Assembly: GCA_036381035.1 (NCBI GenBank)
Contig: DASVDQ010000024.1
Location: 97,742-161,741, forward strand
DNA: 64,000 nt
Source: Trueperaceae bacterium
GTDB lineage: Bacteria; Deinococcota; Deinococci; Deinococcales; Trueperaceae
Reading direction: 5' to 3'
The position numbers and the translations under genes are program-made. Positions 38,772 to 47,069 of the stretch are shown here, piece after piece. Numbering within the stretch: position 1 is the stretch's first letter; each line of letters starts with the position of its first letter. Below the pieces are notes generated by a model. That model did no database searches. It was not told the origin of the DNA and saw nothing but the letters and a program-made list of their open reading frames with translations.

Positions 38772-39756
38772 GCCACCGCGGCGGCCGGCGGGAGAGCAGC
38801 AGCCAGGCGCACAGCGGCCCGAGCAGGTAGGCGACGTAGAACGTGCCGGCGCGCCACAGCGCGACGGGCGCGGCGATCGAGGCCGCGTCGGCGCTCGAGT
38901 CGACGACGAGGCCGACCATCAGCTCGGTGAAGCCGGAGGCGCCAGGCGTGGGGACGAAGAAGCCGACGAGCGAGATGATCGAGAGCACGGAGAGGACGTC
39001 GAGGAGCCGCGCCTGCGCCCCGTAGGTCGCCAGCAGGGCCCACAGCAGGATGAAGTTCGCCAGCCAGCCGACGATGTTCACGCCGTGCAGGTAGGCGAAC
39101 CTCGTCAGGGGCAGGTCCCTGAACGCGACGGCGCTCACGTAGTACTCGCGCCCCATGCGCGCGAGCCGGTCGCGGAAGCGGCGCAGCGGACGCCACCTCG
39201 TCGCGCGCCGCATGACGCCGTAGAGCGCGCCGGGGAAGCGCGCCAGGACGATGGCGCCGACGAGCGCTAGGGCCGCGGCGGCGATCGCGAGCGCGGTGAC
39301 GAAGGGCGGCAGGGCCAGGGGGCTCACCGCCACGATGTACACGAGGCCCACGGGGATCAGCACGCCGAGGGCCGCCAGGTCGAGCACGAAGAGCTGCACG
39401 GCGACGCCGACGCTGGTGCCGAGGGGCACCCCGGAGCGCTCGAGGGCCAGGACCAGACCGGGCGCCCCGCCGGTGCCCGACGGGGTCATCGCCGAGCCGA
39501 ACACCTGACCCACGTGGGCCGTGAAGGCCTCCCAGGGCCCGAGCCTGTGCCCCTGCGCCCCGACGAGCGCCTGGATCTTGGCCACGGGCGCGATCCACAG
39601 CAGGACCAGGCTCAACACGCTGACGACGGCGAGGTCCGTGCGCAGCTCGGCGGCGGCGTAGGTGGCCGGCGAGAAGATCGACTCGCGGGTCGCCAGGTAG
39701 AGCCCGCCGCAGCCCAGGAGCAGCGAGAGCGCGAACAGGCCGACGAGCCGCTTCAC
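38698..39756 (-). CDS. LPG_synthase_TM / UPF0104 flippase-like integral membrane protein
   Basis: 352 aa and polytopic. The motifs MTPSGTGGAPGLVLAL and FVPTPGASGFTE resemble the MprF flippase-domain family. GTGA overlap with the upstream GT gene. The 3' end overlaps the convergent gene by 74 nt. Confidence 0.7.
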   Translation of the reverse strand: MKRLVGLFALSLLLGCGGLYLATRESIFSPATYAAAELRTDLAVVSVLSLVLLWIAPVAKIQALVGAQGHRLGPWEAFTAHVGQVFGSAMTPSGTGGAPGLVLALERSGVPLGTSVGVAVQLFVLDLAALGVLIPVGLVYIVAVSPLALPPFVTALAIAAAALALVGAIVLARFPGALYGVMRRATRWRPLRRFRDRLARMGREYYVSAVAFRDLPLTRFAYLHGVNIVGWLANFILLWALLATYGAQARLLDVLSVLSIISLVGFFVPTPGASGFTELMVGLVVDSSADAASIAAPVALWRAGTFYVAYLLGPLCAWLLLSRRPPRWLRRPARRAVRGDGADPAVSRTPRP

Positions 39757-40979
39757 GACGCCGCCCTCGCGCCCGCGGCGGCGAGGCTCGCCGCGTCGAC
39801 GCCGGCGAAGGCCCCGGGCGCCAGCAGCGCGGGGTCGACCTCGCCGGAGAGCGCCAGCCGCGCCAGGAACCGACCCACCCCCTGTGACATGCCGCCGAAG
39901 TCTAGCGCGGCGGCGGACGCTCGCGCCGCGGCGAGGCGCGCCGGGTCGTCCCGCCAGGCGGCGACGACCGCCGGCAGCGCGGCGAACGAGCCGGCGTGCT
40001 CGCCCAGGCCCCGCGAGGCCAGGAACCTGACGACGGCCCGCTCGTTGAGGCCGGCGTAGCTCGCGGTCACCACGGGCCTGCCCACCGCCAGCGCCTCCAT
40101 CGTCGAGGCGGGGCCGGCCTTGCCCACCATCAGGTCGCAGGCCGCGAGGGGCACCTCCATGCGCTCGACGAACCCCAGGACCCTCACGCGCTCCGTCAGG
40201 CCCGCCGCGTCGGCCGCCGACCGCAGGCGCGCGGCCAAGGCCCCGTTGCGGCCCGTGGCGCAGAGGACGGCGGCGCCGCCCCGCGCCATGGCCAGGACCG
40301 CCTCCGCCACCTCGTCGCCGGCCACGCCCTCCGCGCCCAGGCTCACGAGCACCACGAAGCCGTCACCCAGGCCCAGCTCGCGCCGCGCCGCCTCGCGGTC
40401 GGGGGGCTCGTGGAAGCGGCGCGCGACGGGGTAGCCGGCGACGTGCACCGCGGCCGGGGGCACCCCGAGCCTGACGAGGTCCCCCTTGGCCGCCGCCGAG
40501 GGCGCGAGCACCGTCTCCGCGCCCGGTGCCGACCAGAGCGCGCTGGCGTCGAAGGGCTCGGTGGCGAACACGACCACGCGGCTCCGCAGGCCGTGCCTCA
40601 GCCTCGCCTCGGTGAAGGCGGTGGCGAGCCAGCCGTGGTTCACGACCACGAGCGCCGGCGGCGCCGCGTCGAGGGCCGCCGTGACCCGCCGCGTGAAGCC
40701 GCGCAGCACGGCGCCCTGCACGGCGCGGCTGACGGCCGGGGCGGCGTCCAGCGCCGCCTGCGCCGCCCGCACCAGCCGGGGACGGGCCAGCATGGCGCGC
40801 CAGCCCGCCTTGTGGCGCGCGTCGAGGCGCGGGGCGTGCTCGGCCATGACGTCGACGACGCGGGGCGCGAGGGCGCCGCCCGCCGCCGCGGCCACGGCCT
40901 CGGCCATCGCCCTGGCCGTGGCCACGTGCCCGCCGCCGGCGGCGATCGTCGCCAGCAGGACCTCGCGCGGACCGCCCAT
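39753..40979 (-). CDS. MGDG-synthase/GT28-type lipid glycosyltransferase
   Basis: Trimmed to ATG 40979. The N-terminus (VLLATIAAGGGHVATARAMAEAV) is an MGDG_synth-like GGGH box. The C-terminal GT-B half shows MVGKAGPASTMEALAVGRPVV. Confidence 0.75.
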   Translation of the reverse strand: MGGPREVLLATIAAGGGHVATARAMAEAVAAAAGGALAPRVVDVMAEHAPRLDARHKAGWRAMLARPRLVRAAQAALDAAPAVSRAVQGAVLRGFTRRVTAALDAAPPALVVVNHGWLATAFTEARLRHGLRSRVVVFATEPFDASALWSAPGAETVLAPSAAAKGDLVRLGVPPAAVHVAGYPVARRFHEPPDREAARRELGLGDGFVVLVSLGAEGVAGDEVAEAVLAMARGGAAVLCATGRNGALAARLRSAADAAGLTERVRVLGFVERMEVPLAACDLMVGKAGPASTMEALAVGRPVVTASYAGLNERAVVRFLASRGLGEHAGSFAALPAVVAAWRDDPARLAAARASAAALDFGGMSQGVGRFLARLALSGEVDPALLAPGAFAGVDAASLAAAGARAAS

Positions 40980-41971
40980 CAGTCCTTCCCGGCGTGCAGA
41001 GCCTCCACGGCCAGCCGGAGGCCCTCCCGCCAGCTGACCCGCGGGCGGTAGCCGAGCTCCCTGACCGCGTGCTCGATCGAGAAGTGGACGTCGTGGGCCA
41101 TCAGCCCGGCGCGGTACCTGGTCATCGGCGGCTCGGTGGCCGGGAACAGGGCTCGCCACGTGGCCTCGACGCCCGTCGCGATCGCCCTGACGGGCCGGCG
41201 CGGCACGTTGAGGCGCGGCGGCGCGCTGCCGACGAGACGGGCCAGCTCCTCGAACAGCTCGCGCCAGCTCGGCGCTCCCTCGTCGGCGATCAGGTAGACG
41301 CGCCCGGCGGCGGACGAGGCGGACACGGCGAGGGCCACGCCGTCGGCGAAGTTCGTGGCGTAGGTCGTGTTCAGCACGCTCTCGCCGCGCTTCATCAGCG
41401 GCATGACCCCGCGGGCCACGGCGCGCTCGACGCGCTGGAACGTCGCGTCGCGGGCGCCGAACGGCCACAGGCCGGGCCTGACGATCACGCCCTCGATGCC
41501 GGCCTTCGTCATGACCACGTTCTCGGCCAGGATCTTCGAGTAGGCGTAGGGGTTCGAGACGTTGTCGCGCGGCAGGGTGCGGGGGTCGGCGTCCCTGAAG
41601 CCCCGGTAGGTGTGCACGGCCACGCTGGAGACGAGGACGAAGCGGCGCGCGCCCGCCCTGACGGCGGCGTCGATCAGGCGCTGGGTGCCGAGGACGTTGG
41701 TGCGGTAGAAGGCGTCCCACGGGCCCCAGTCCGACACGCGCGCGGCGGCGTGCACGACGGCGTCGACGCCCTCGAGCGCCCAGGCGAGGTCGCCCGGCTT
41801 CGACAGGTCGGCGCGCACGACCTCGACGTCTCCGCTCTCGAGCGCGCCGCGCAGGTTGTGCAGCTCGCCCCAGGGCGAGACGAGGGCGCGCACGGCGTCG
41901 CCGCCGCCCACGAGGCGCTCGGTGATGTGGCTGCCGAGGAAGCCGTGGGCGCCGGTGACGAGGACCCTCAC
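40979..41971 (-). CDS. NAD-dependent epimerase/dehydratase-family reductase
   Basis: GTG 41971 (GTGA overlap). Motifs: VRVLVTGAHGFLGSHI and NPYAYSKILAE (YxxxK). Confidence 0.8.
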   Translation of the reverse strand: MRVLVTGAHGFLGSHITERLVGGGDAVRALVSPWGELHNLRGALESGDVEVVRADLSKPGDLAWALEGVDAVVHAAARVSDWGPWDAFYRTNVLGTQRLIDAAVRAGARRFVLVSSVAVHTYRGFRDADPRTLPRDNVSNPYAYSKILAENVVMTKAGIEGVIVRPGLWPFGARDATFQRVERAVARGVMPLMKRGESVLNTTYATNFADGVALAVSASSAAGRVYLIADEGAPSWRELFEELARLVGSAPPRLNVPRRPVRAIATGVEATWRALFPATEPPMTRYRAGLMAHDVHFSIEHAVRELGYRPRVSWREGLRLAVEALHAGKD

Positions 41972-42702
41972 GGGAGCAGTGCGCCGGCCCGCGCCAGCGC
42001 GGCCACGTCGAGGGTCAGGCCGATGACGAGGTGCGTGACGGCGGGGTAGAGGACGGAGCGCGTGCGCACCGCCATGACCCCGAACACCAGGCTGGCGGGC
42101 AGCGCCGCCAGCACCTCGGGGAGCGGCTTGCCCACGTGCACGAGCGTGGCCGCGAAAGCCTGCAGCCACACCGCCGTCGCGGCGCCGAAGGGCCTCTCCA
42201 GGGCCCCGAGCAGGAAGCCGCGGTAGAACGCCTCGAAGGCCACGTAGTAGAGCGCGTAGAGCGCGGCCCAGCCCAGCAGCGCCGGCACCGAGCGACCCAC
42301 CGCCTCGCCCGCCCACGGGTAAGCCGCGGTCAGCGCGGGGGCGCCGCCCGCCCCCACCGCCACGACGGGCACGGCGACGAGGGAGCTCACCAGGGCGAGC
42401 CTCCAGCCGGCGCGGGCGTCCCCGCGCGAGAGGCGCATCTCGCGCAGGGTCCCCCCGCTGGCCGTGAAGAGCAGCGCGGGCACGGCCAGCAGCGTGACGA
42501 GGCTCCAGGCGATGCCCACGGCCGCGGTGGCCGGCGTGCGCGGCGCGAAGCCGAGGAGCGCCGGTCCCGGCGTGGCCAGGTACCAGAACGCCACCTGGAG
42601 CAGCGTGCCGGAGCCCAGCAGGAACCATACGCGGGCTCCCTCGTCGTCGAACAGGGCCGCGAGGTCGCCCAGGAGCGCCCTCAGCGCCGCGCCCAGGCTC
42701 AT
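41968..42702 (-). CDS. CPBP-family intramembrane glutamic endopeptidase homolog
   Basis: ATG 42702 (ATGA overlap). The protein has multiple TM segments. The motif VAFEAFYRGFLLG is an E..x.RG box, and a later LVHVGKP motif supplies the His. Confidence 0.7.
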   Translation of the reverse strand: MSLGAALRALLGDLAALFDDEGARVWFLLGSGTLLQVAFWYLATPGPALLGFAPRTPATAAVGIAWSLVTLLAVPALLFTASGGTLREMRLSRGDARAGWRLALVSSLVAVPVVAVGAGGAPALTAAYPWAGEAVGRSVPALLGWAALYALYYVAFEAFYRGFLLGALERPFGAATAVWLQAFAATLVHVGKPLPEVLAALPASLVFGVMAVRTRSVLYPAVTHLVIGLTLDVAALARAGALLP

Positions 42703-43814
42703 AGACCCTTCTGGTAGATCCTGTAGGTCTTGCTGTGGACCCCGCCGGCGGCCTCGATGGCCCTGTTGATGCGGGTGTTGTCCTCCAGCGTCCAGCCGCA
42801 CTCTCCCTCCACGATGCCGCGCACCTTCGCGCGCTTGACGACCTCGTGGATCAGGAGGAGGTCGAAGCCCTTGTGCCGGTGCTCGGGCAGGACGCCGAGC
42901 ATGACGAGCCGGGCCCTGTCGATGATGCTCTTGCGCCGCAGCAGGTGGAAGATGCCGAAGGGCAACAGCCGCCCGTCGAACCGCGCCAGCACCTGGTTCA
43001 GGTCGGGCACGACCACGGCCAGGGCGACGGGCTCGCCCTTGTGCTCGAGGAACAGGACGAGCTCCGGGTCGATGATCAGCTTGAGGTCGTTCGCGAGGTA
43101 CTCGACCTCGGCGTCCGAGAGCGGCACGTTGCCCCAGTTGTGCTCCCACGCCGCCGTGTGTATGCGCTTGAGGATGTCGACCTCGCGGTCGAACCGCCTC
43201 ATGTCGGCCGGGCGGACCCTGACGTCGTAGCGTGACGCCGTGCGCTCGGCCAGCCGGGCCACCCGCTCGGAGAAGGGGCGGCGGTTGTCGAAGTGGAACG
43301 CGTAGAGGTCCTTGACCTTCGCGTAGCCGAGCCGCTCCACCCAGCGCGGGTACTCCTTGGGGTTCTGCGGCATGAGCACGTAGGGCCGCTCGTCGAAGGC
43401 GTCGACCTGGAAGCCGGCGCCGTCGTTCATGGACCCGTTGATCGGCCCGCGGACGGCGGAGAGGCCCTCCGCGGACGCGTGGGCCTCGACGACCTCCAGG
43501 AGCGCGGACGCGACCTGCTCGTCCTCGGCCTCGAAGAACCCGAAGAACGCGATGCGCTCGTCGTGGACGCGCATGTGCTCGTCGTCCTCGACGTACGCCA
43601 CGCGCCCCACGACCCTGCCGTCCTTCTTGGCCAGGTAGAGCGTCCGCCTGGCGTGGCGCCACAGCGGGTTCTTGCGCTCGTCGAGGAGGTCGAGCTGCGA
43701 GATGCGCAGCGGCGGGACCCACACCGGGTCGCCCCTGTACTTGCGGTACGGGTAGTCGACGAACGACCTCACGCCCTCGCGGCCCTCGACCGCCTCGACA
43801 GTCAGCTGCCCCAC
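42699..43814 (-). CDS. Large (371 aa) GNAT-like N-acyltransferase of unknown specificity
   Basis: The C-terminal region (VLPEHRHKGFDLLLIHEVVKRAKVRG) resembles GNAT motif A. The N-terminal half is also GNAT-sized. The gene starts 8 nt downstream of the SPT-like gene. Confidence 0.65.
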   Translation of the reverse strand: MGQLTVEAVEGREGVRSFVDYPYRKYRGDPVWVPPLRISQLDLLDERKNPLWRHARRTLYLAKKDGRVVGRVAYVEDDEHMRVHDERIAFFGFFEAEDEQVASALLEVVEAHASAEGLSAVRGPINGSMNDGAGFQVDAFDERPYVLMPQNPKEYPRWVERLGYAKVKDLYAFHFDNRRPFSERVARLAERTASRYDVRVRPADMRRFDREVDILKRIHTAAWEHNWGNVPLSDAEVEYLANDLKLIIDPELVLFLEHKGEPVALAVVVPDLNQVLARFDGRLLPFGIFHLLRRKSIIDRARLVMLGVLPEHRHKGFDLLLIHEVVKRAKVRGIVEGECGWTLEDNTRINRAIEAAGGVHSKTYRIYQKGL

Positions 43815-43822
43815 GGCTGGGT

Positions 43823-45058
43823 TCAGATGACGCCGAGGCGCCGGCCCACGACGGAGAAGGCCGAGAGCAGCCTGTCGAGCTGCTCGCTAGTGTGGTTCGC
43901 GTTCACGCTGGTGCGGATTATCGCCTGCCCGTTCGGCACGCCGGGAGGGAGGGCGGGGGTCGTGAACACACCTTCCTCCCACAGGCCCTTCCAGAACGCC
44001 ATGGCCAGCTCGTCGGGGCCCACCAGCACCGGCACGATGGGCGTCTGGGACCCGAGGGTGTCGAACCCCAGGGCGTCCATGCCCTCGCGCAGCTGGCGCA
44101 CGTTGTCCCATAGCTGCGCGCGCAGCTCCGGCTCCGACTCCATGATCCGCAGCGCCTCCAGGGCCGCCGCCATCTGCATGGCGGGCAGCGCGGCCGTGAA
44201 GATGAACGGCCGCGCGGCGTGCTTGACGAAGTTCACGACAGCGCGGTCGCCGGCCATGAAGCCGCCCACGCTGGCGAACGACTTCGAGAACGTGCCGATG
44301 ATCACGTCGATCTCGTCTGTCAGCCCGAAGTGGTCGCCGGTGCCGCGTCCGTCTGGGCCGAGCACGCCGGTGGCGTGGGCGTCGTCGACGATCAGCCTGG
44401 CGCCGAAGCGGCGCTTGATCTCGACGAGCTCCGGCAGCTTCGCGATGTGGCCGCTCATCGAGAACACGCCGTCGGTGACGATGATGCGGCCGCCCGGCTT
44501 GCCCACGTCCTGCTCGAGCAGGCGCACCAGGCCGTCCAGGTCGTTGTGCTCGAACTTGCGCAGTGACGCGAACGACAGCTTGGCGGCGTCGTAGAGCGAG
44601 GCGTGGTTCTCGCGGTCGTAGTAGAGGATGTCGTGCCGCCCCGCCAGCGCCGAGATCACCGAGAGGCAGCCTAGGTAGCCGGCGCTGAAGGTCAGCGCCG
44701 CCTCCTTGCCCAGGAACTCGGCGAGCCGGCGCTCGAGCTCCTCGTGCAGCGTCAGGGTCCCCGTGAGGAACCGCGAGCCGGTGCACGAGGTGCCGAAGTC
44801 GTTGAGCGCGGCCCTCGCCGCCTCCTTGAGGCGCGGGTCCTGCGTCAGCCCGAGGTAGTCGTTCGAGCCGGTGATGACCATCTCCTTGCCGTTCACCGTC
44901 ACGGTGCCGCCGTGCTGCGAGGCGATCGGCTTGAAGTAGGGGTGCATGCCGGCGGCCGCCGCCTCGTCGGCCCGGCGGAAGGCGTAGGCCTTGGCGAACG
45001 CGTCGTCGGCCCTCTGGCTCATCGCGCTCTGCGCTTCGGGGGGCGCTACCTCGGACAA
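43823..45058 (-). CDS. Serine palmitoyltransferase-like alpha-oxoamine synthase (PLP-dependent)
   Basis: TTG start 5 nt after GGAGG. Motifs: SNDYLGL, GSRFLTGT, DDAHATG and the PLP-lysine box GTFSKSFASVGGF. In my recollection these match bacterial SPT rather than BioF or Kbl. Confidence 0.8.
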   Translation of the reverse strand: MSEVAPPEAQSAMSQRADDAFAKAYAFRRADEAAAAGMHPYFKPIASQHGGTVTVNGKEMVITGSNDYLGLTQDPRLKEAARAALNDFGTSCTGSRFLTGTLTLHEELERRLAEFLGKEAALTFSAGYLGCLSVISALAGRHDILYYDRENHASLYDAAKLSFASLRKFEHNDLDGLVRLLEQDVGKPGGRIIVTDGVFSMSGHIAKLPELVEIKRRFGARLIVDDAHATGVLGPDGRGTGDHFGLTDEIDVIIGTFSKSFASVGGFMAGDRAVVNFVKHAARPFIFTAALPAMQMAAALEALRIMESEPELRAQLWDNVRQLREGMDALGFDTLGSQTPIVPVLVGPDELAMAFWKGLWEEGVFTTPALPPGVPNGQAIIRTSVNANHTSEQLDRLLSAFSVVGRRLGVI

Positions 45059-45185
45059 GGTTTCCTCCAGTGGGGAAGGCGCCGCGCGCCGCGGTCCGCA
45101 GGGACGGCGTCCGTGCCGCAGGCGTTAGCCGGCGCCAGCATGAGTAACCCTACGGCACCGCGGCGCCTCTGAGCAAGGAGTTCTC

Positions 45186-45308
45186 ATGGTCTTTGCGCCT
45201 TCCGCCACTCGGGCGCTCATGGGCCGCTGGTATCATCCGGGCACGACCACGACGCGGGCCTCAGCGGGCCCGGCAACCCTCTCCGACACCGCGCGGGAGA
45301 TGACCTGA
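45186..45308 (+). CDS. Candidate small protein (40 aa)
   Basis: The ATG lies 5 nt after a perfect AAGGAG. The open frame MVFAPSATRALMGRWYHPGTTTTRASAGPATLSDTAREMT ends 1 nt before the GTG of the next gene. It is too short for the ORF track and has no homology evidence. Confidence 0.3.
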   Translation: MVFAPSATRALMGRWYHPGTTTTRASAGPATLSDTAREMT

Positions 45309-45309
45309 C

Positions 45310-45858
45310 GTGTTGCTCGCTTCGCCGCCCGACGACGCCCAGACCGCAGCAGTAACCACCAGGGAGGCACGGCCGGAGGACGCCCCACTCGTCCACAGGA
45401 TCTACCTCTCGACCCCGGGCTACTTCGACATCATCTCGATCCCCATCCCCACCCTCGCCGAGGTCTCCACCGACCTGGAGACGGCGGCGGAGGACCAGCG
45501 GCGCCACGCCGAGCTCGTGCTGGTGGAGCGCGAGGCGGCCGGCGAGGTGGACCCCGCGATCGTCGACCCCGTGACGGACAGGCTGGTCGTGGGCTACCTC
45601 GACTACAAGCTCGACTACCCCGAGCCGGGCGACGCCACCGTGAACCTGCTGCTCGTGCTGCCCTCGGTGCAGAGCCGCGGCATCGGCGGCGCGTGCGCGC
45701 GCGACCTCGAGCGGCGTCTCGCCGGGCGCTCGCGGCGCATGCTCGCCAGCATCTTCGGCGACAACCCGCGCGCCCGCAGGTTCTGGGAGCGGCTGGGCTT
45801 CAGCTTCGCGATCGACGCCAAGCCGCACCTCGACTGGTACGCGAAGAACCTGGCCTGA
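45310..45858 (+). CDS. GNAT-family N-acetyltransferase
   Basis: 182 aa with GNAT motif A (LLLVLPSVQSRGIGGACARDLE) and the C-terminal NPRARRFWERLGF. Confidence 0.8.
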   Translation: MLLASPPDDAQTAAVTTREARPEDAPLVHRIYLSTPGYFDIISIPIPTLAEVSTDLETAAEDQRRHAELVLVEREAAGEVDPAIVDPVTDRLVVGYLDYKLDYPEPGDATVNLLLVLPSVQSRGIGGACARDLERRLAGRSRRMLASIFGDNPRARRFWERLGFSFAIDAKPHLDWYAKNLA

Positions 45859-45904
45859 GGTACCGCGCCCCGCGCCGCGGCGCACTGCGGTAACCTGGCC
45901 TGCC

Positions 45905-46813
45905 GTGCCGGGAAGACCCGACAAGACCGTCGTGAGCGTCTCCTTGGGCTCGCCGCGTCGCGACGCCGACGTCGAGGTCGAGCTGCTCGGGCACCGGGTC
46001 AGGATGGTGCGCCGCGGCGTGGGCAGCGACGTCGCGGCGGCGCGCTCCCTGGTGGCCGAGCTCGACGGGCAGGTCGACGCCATCGGCATCGGCGGCGCCG
46101 ACATCTACCTCCGCGTCGGCGGGCGGCGCTACCGCATCAGGGACGCCGCCTTCGTCGCGTCGGCCGCCCGGCGCACGCCCGTGGTGTGCGGCGCCGGGCT
46201 CAAGGACAGCCTGGAGCGCAGCGCCGTGGACGCCCTCGAACCGGTCGTGGGTTGGCGGGGGAGGCGCGTGCTGATGGTCAGCTCGGTGGACAGGTTCGGC
46301 ATGGCCGAGGCCCTCGTCCGCCACGGCGCCGACGTGACCTTCGGCGACCTGGTCTTCGGCCTGGGGCTGGACGTGCCCCTGCGGTCGCTGGCCGCGGTGG
46401 AGCGCCTGGCGAGCGTCGCGCTGCCCGTGATCACGCGGCTGCCCTTCAGGTGGTTCTACCCGACGGGCGACGCCCAGGACGCCGCGCCCAAGCCGCGGCA
46501 CCAGCGCCACTACCGCTGGGCCGAGGTGCTGGCGGGCGACTGGCACTACATCAGGGCCAACGCGGGGCCGGACCTCACGGGCAAGGACGTGCTCACGAAC
46601 ACGACGACAGCCGAGGACGTCGCCTTCCTGCGCTCCGCCGGCGCGCGCCGGCTCGCGACGACGACGCCGCGGGTCGGCGGGCGCAGCGTCGGGACGAACC
46701 TGCTCGAGGCCGCGTTCGTGGCCGTGGAGGGCGCGCCCGGCGAGCTGACGCGCGGCCGCTACGACGAGCTCGTGGCGGCGGCGGGCCTCGGCCCGACCGT
46801 GCTCGAGCTCTGA
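45905..46813 (+). CDS. Conserved hypothetical protein
   Basis: 302-aa ORF with good coding bias. TAACCT lies 8 nt upstream of the GTG. I vaguely recall homologs labelled quinate 5-dehydrogenase in databases, but I cannot support a function. Confidence 0.6.
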   Translation: MPGRPDKTVVSVSLGSPRRDADVEVELLGHRVRMVRRGVGSDVAAARSLVAELDGQVDAIGIGGADIYLRVGGRRYRIRDAAFVASAARRTPVVCGAGLKDSLERSAVDALEPVVGWRGRRVLMVSSVDRFGMAEALVRHGADVTFGDLVFGLGLDVPLRSLAAVERLASVALPVITRLPFRWFYPTGDAQDAAPKPRHQRHYRWAEVLAGDWHYIRANAGPDLTGKDVLTNTTTAEDVAFLRSAGARRLATTTPRVGGRSVGTNLLEAAFVAVEGAPGELTRGRYDELVAAAGLGPTVLEL

Positions 46814-46950
46814 GGCCTGCGGCGGGCGCGTCCTCGCGCGGGCGCCGCTCCGGCCTGCGGCCGCGCGGGGCGGGCGTCGGCGCCCGGGTGCGGCGGGGCC
46901 CCGGGCGTGCGCAGCGGCCAGGGTGCCGTCCCGTCGGGGGCTTCCCGCGG

Positions 46951-46959
46951 TGATACACT
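46951..46959 (+). promoter_or_regulatory. Extended -10 element TGaTACACT upstream of efp
   Basis: TG-n-TACACT lies in an otherwise GC-rich intergenic region about 110 nt upstream of the efp ATG. Confidence 0.4.
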
Positions 46960-47069
46960 GGCCCGTCTCAAGACCCTGCTGCCCAGCGCGCGCAGCGGGC
47001 TCTAGCCGCCCGCCGGGGTCGACCCGGCCTGGAGGCGCGGCACTCAGCCAGTCGGAGGACGGGACCAAG

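Noticed and set aside
35349-40059. The upstream part of track ORF 35349..38771, plus ORFs 36798..38135(-), 37457..38830(+), 38525..39598(-) and 39996..41051(+).
   Set aside because: They are shadow frames. The real genes are GT4 (35707..), the epimerase-SDR fusion (36942..), the flippase-like protein and GT28, all identified by motifs and stop/start coupling.
43823-45058. Annotating the alpha-oxoamine synthase as BioF (8-amino-7-oxononanoate synthase) or Kbl.
   Set aside because: The GSRFLTGT and GTFSKS motifs, and the lipid-enzyme gene context, fit SPT-like enzymes better. No biotin or threonine-catabolism genes are adjacent. This still needs a phylogeny to confirm.
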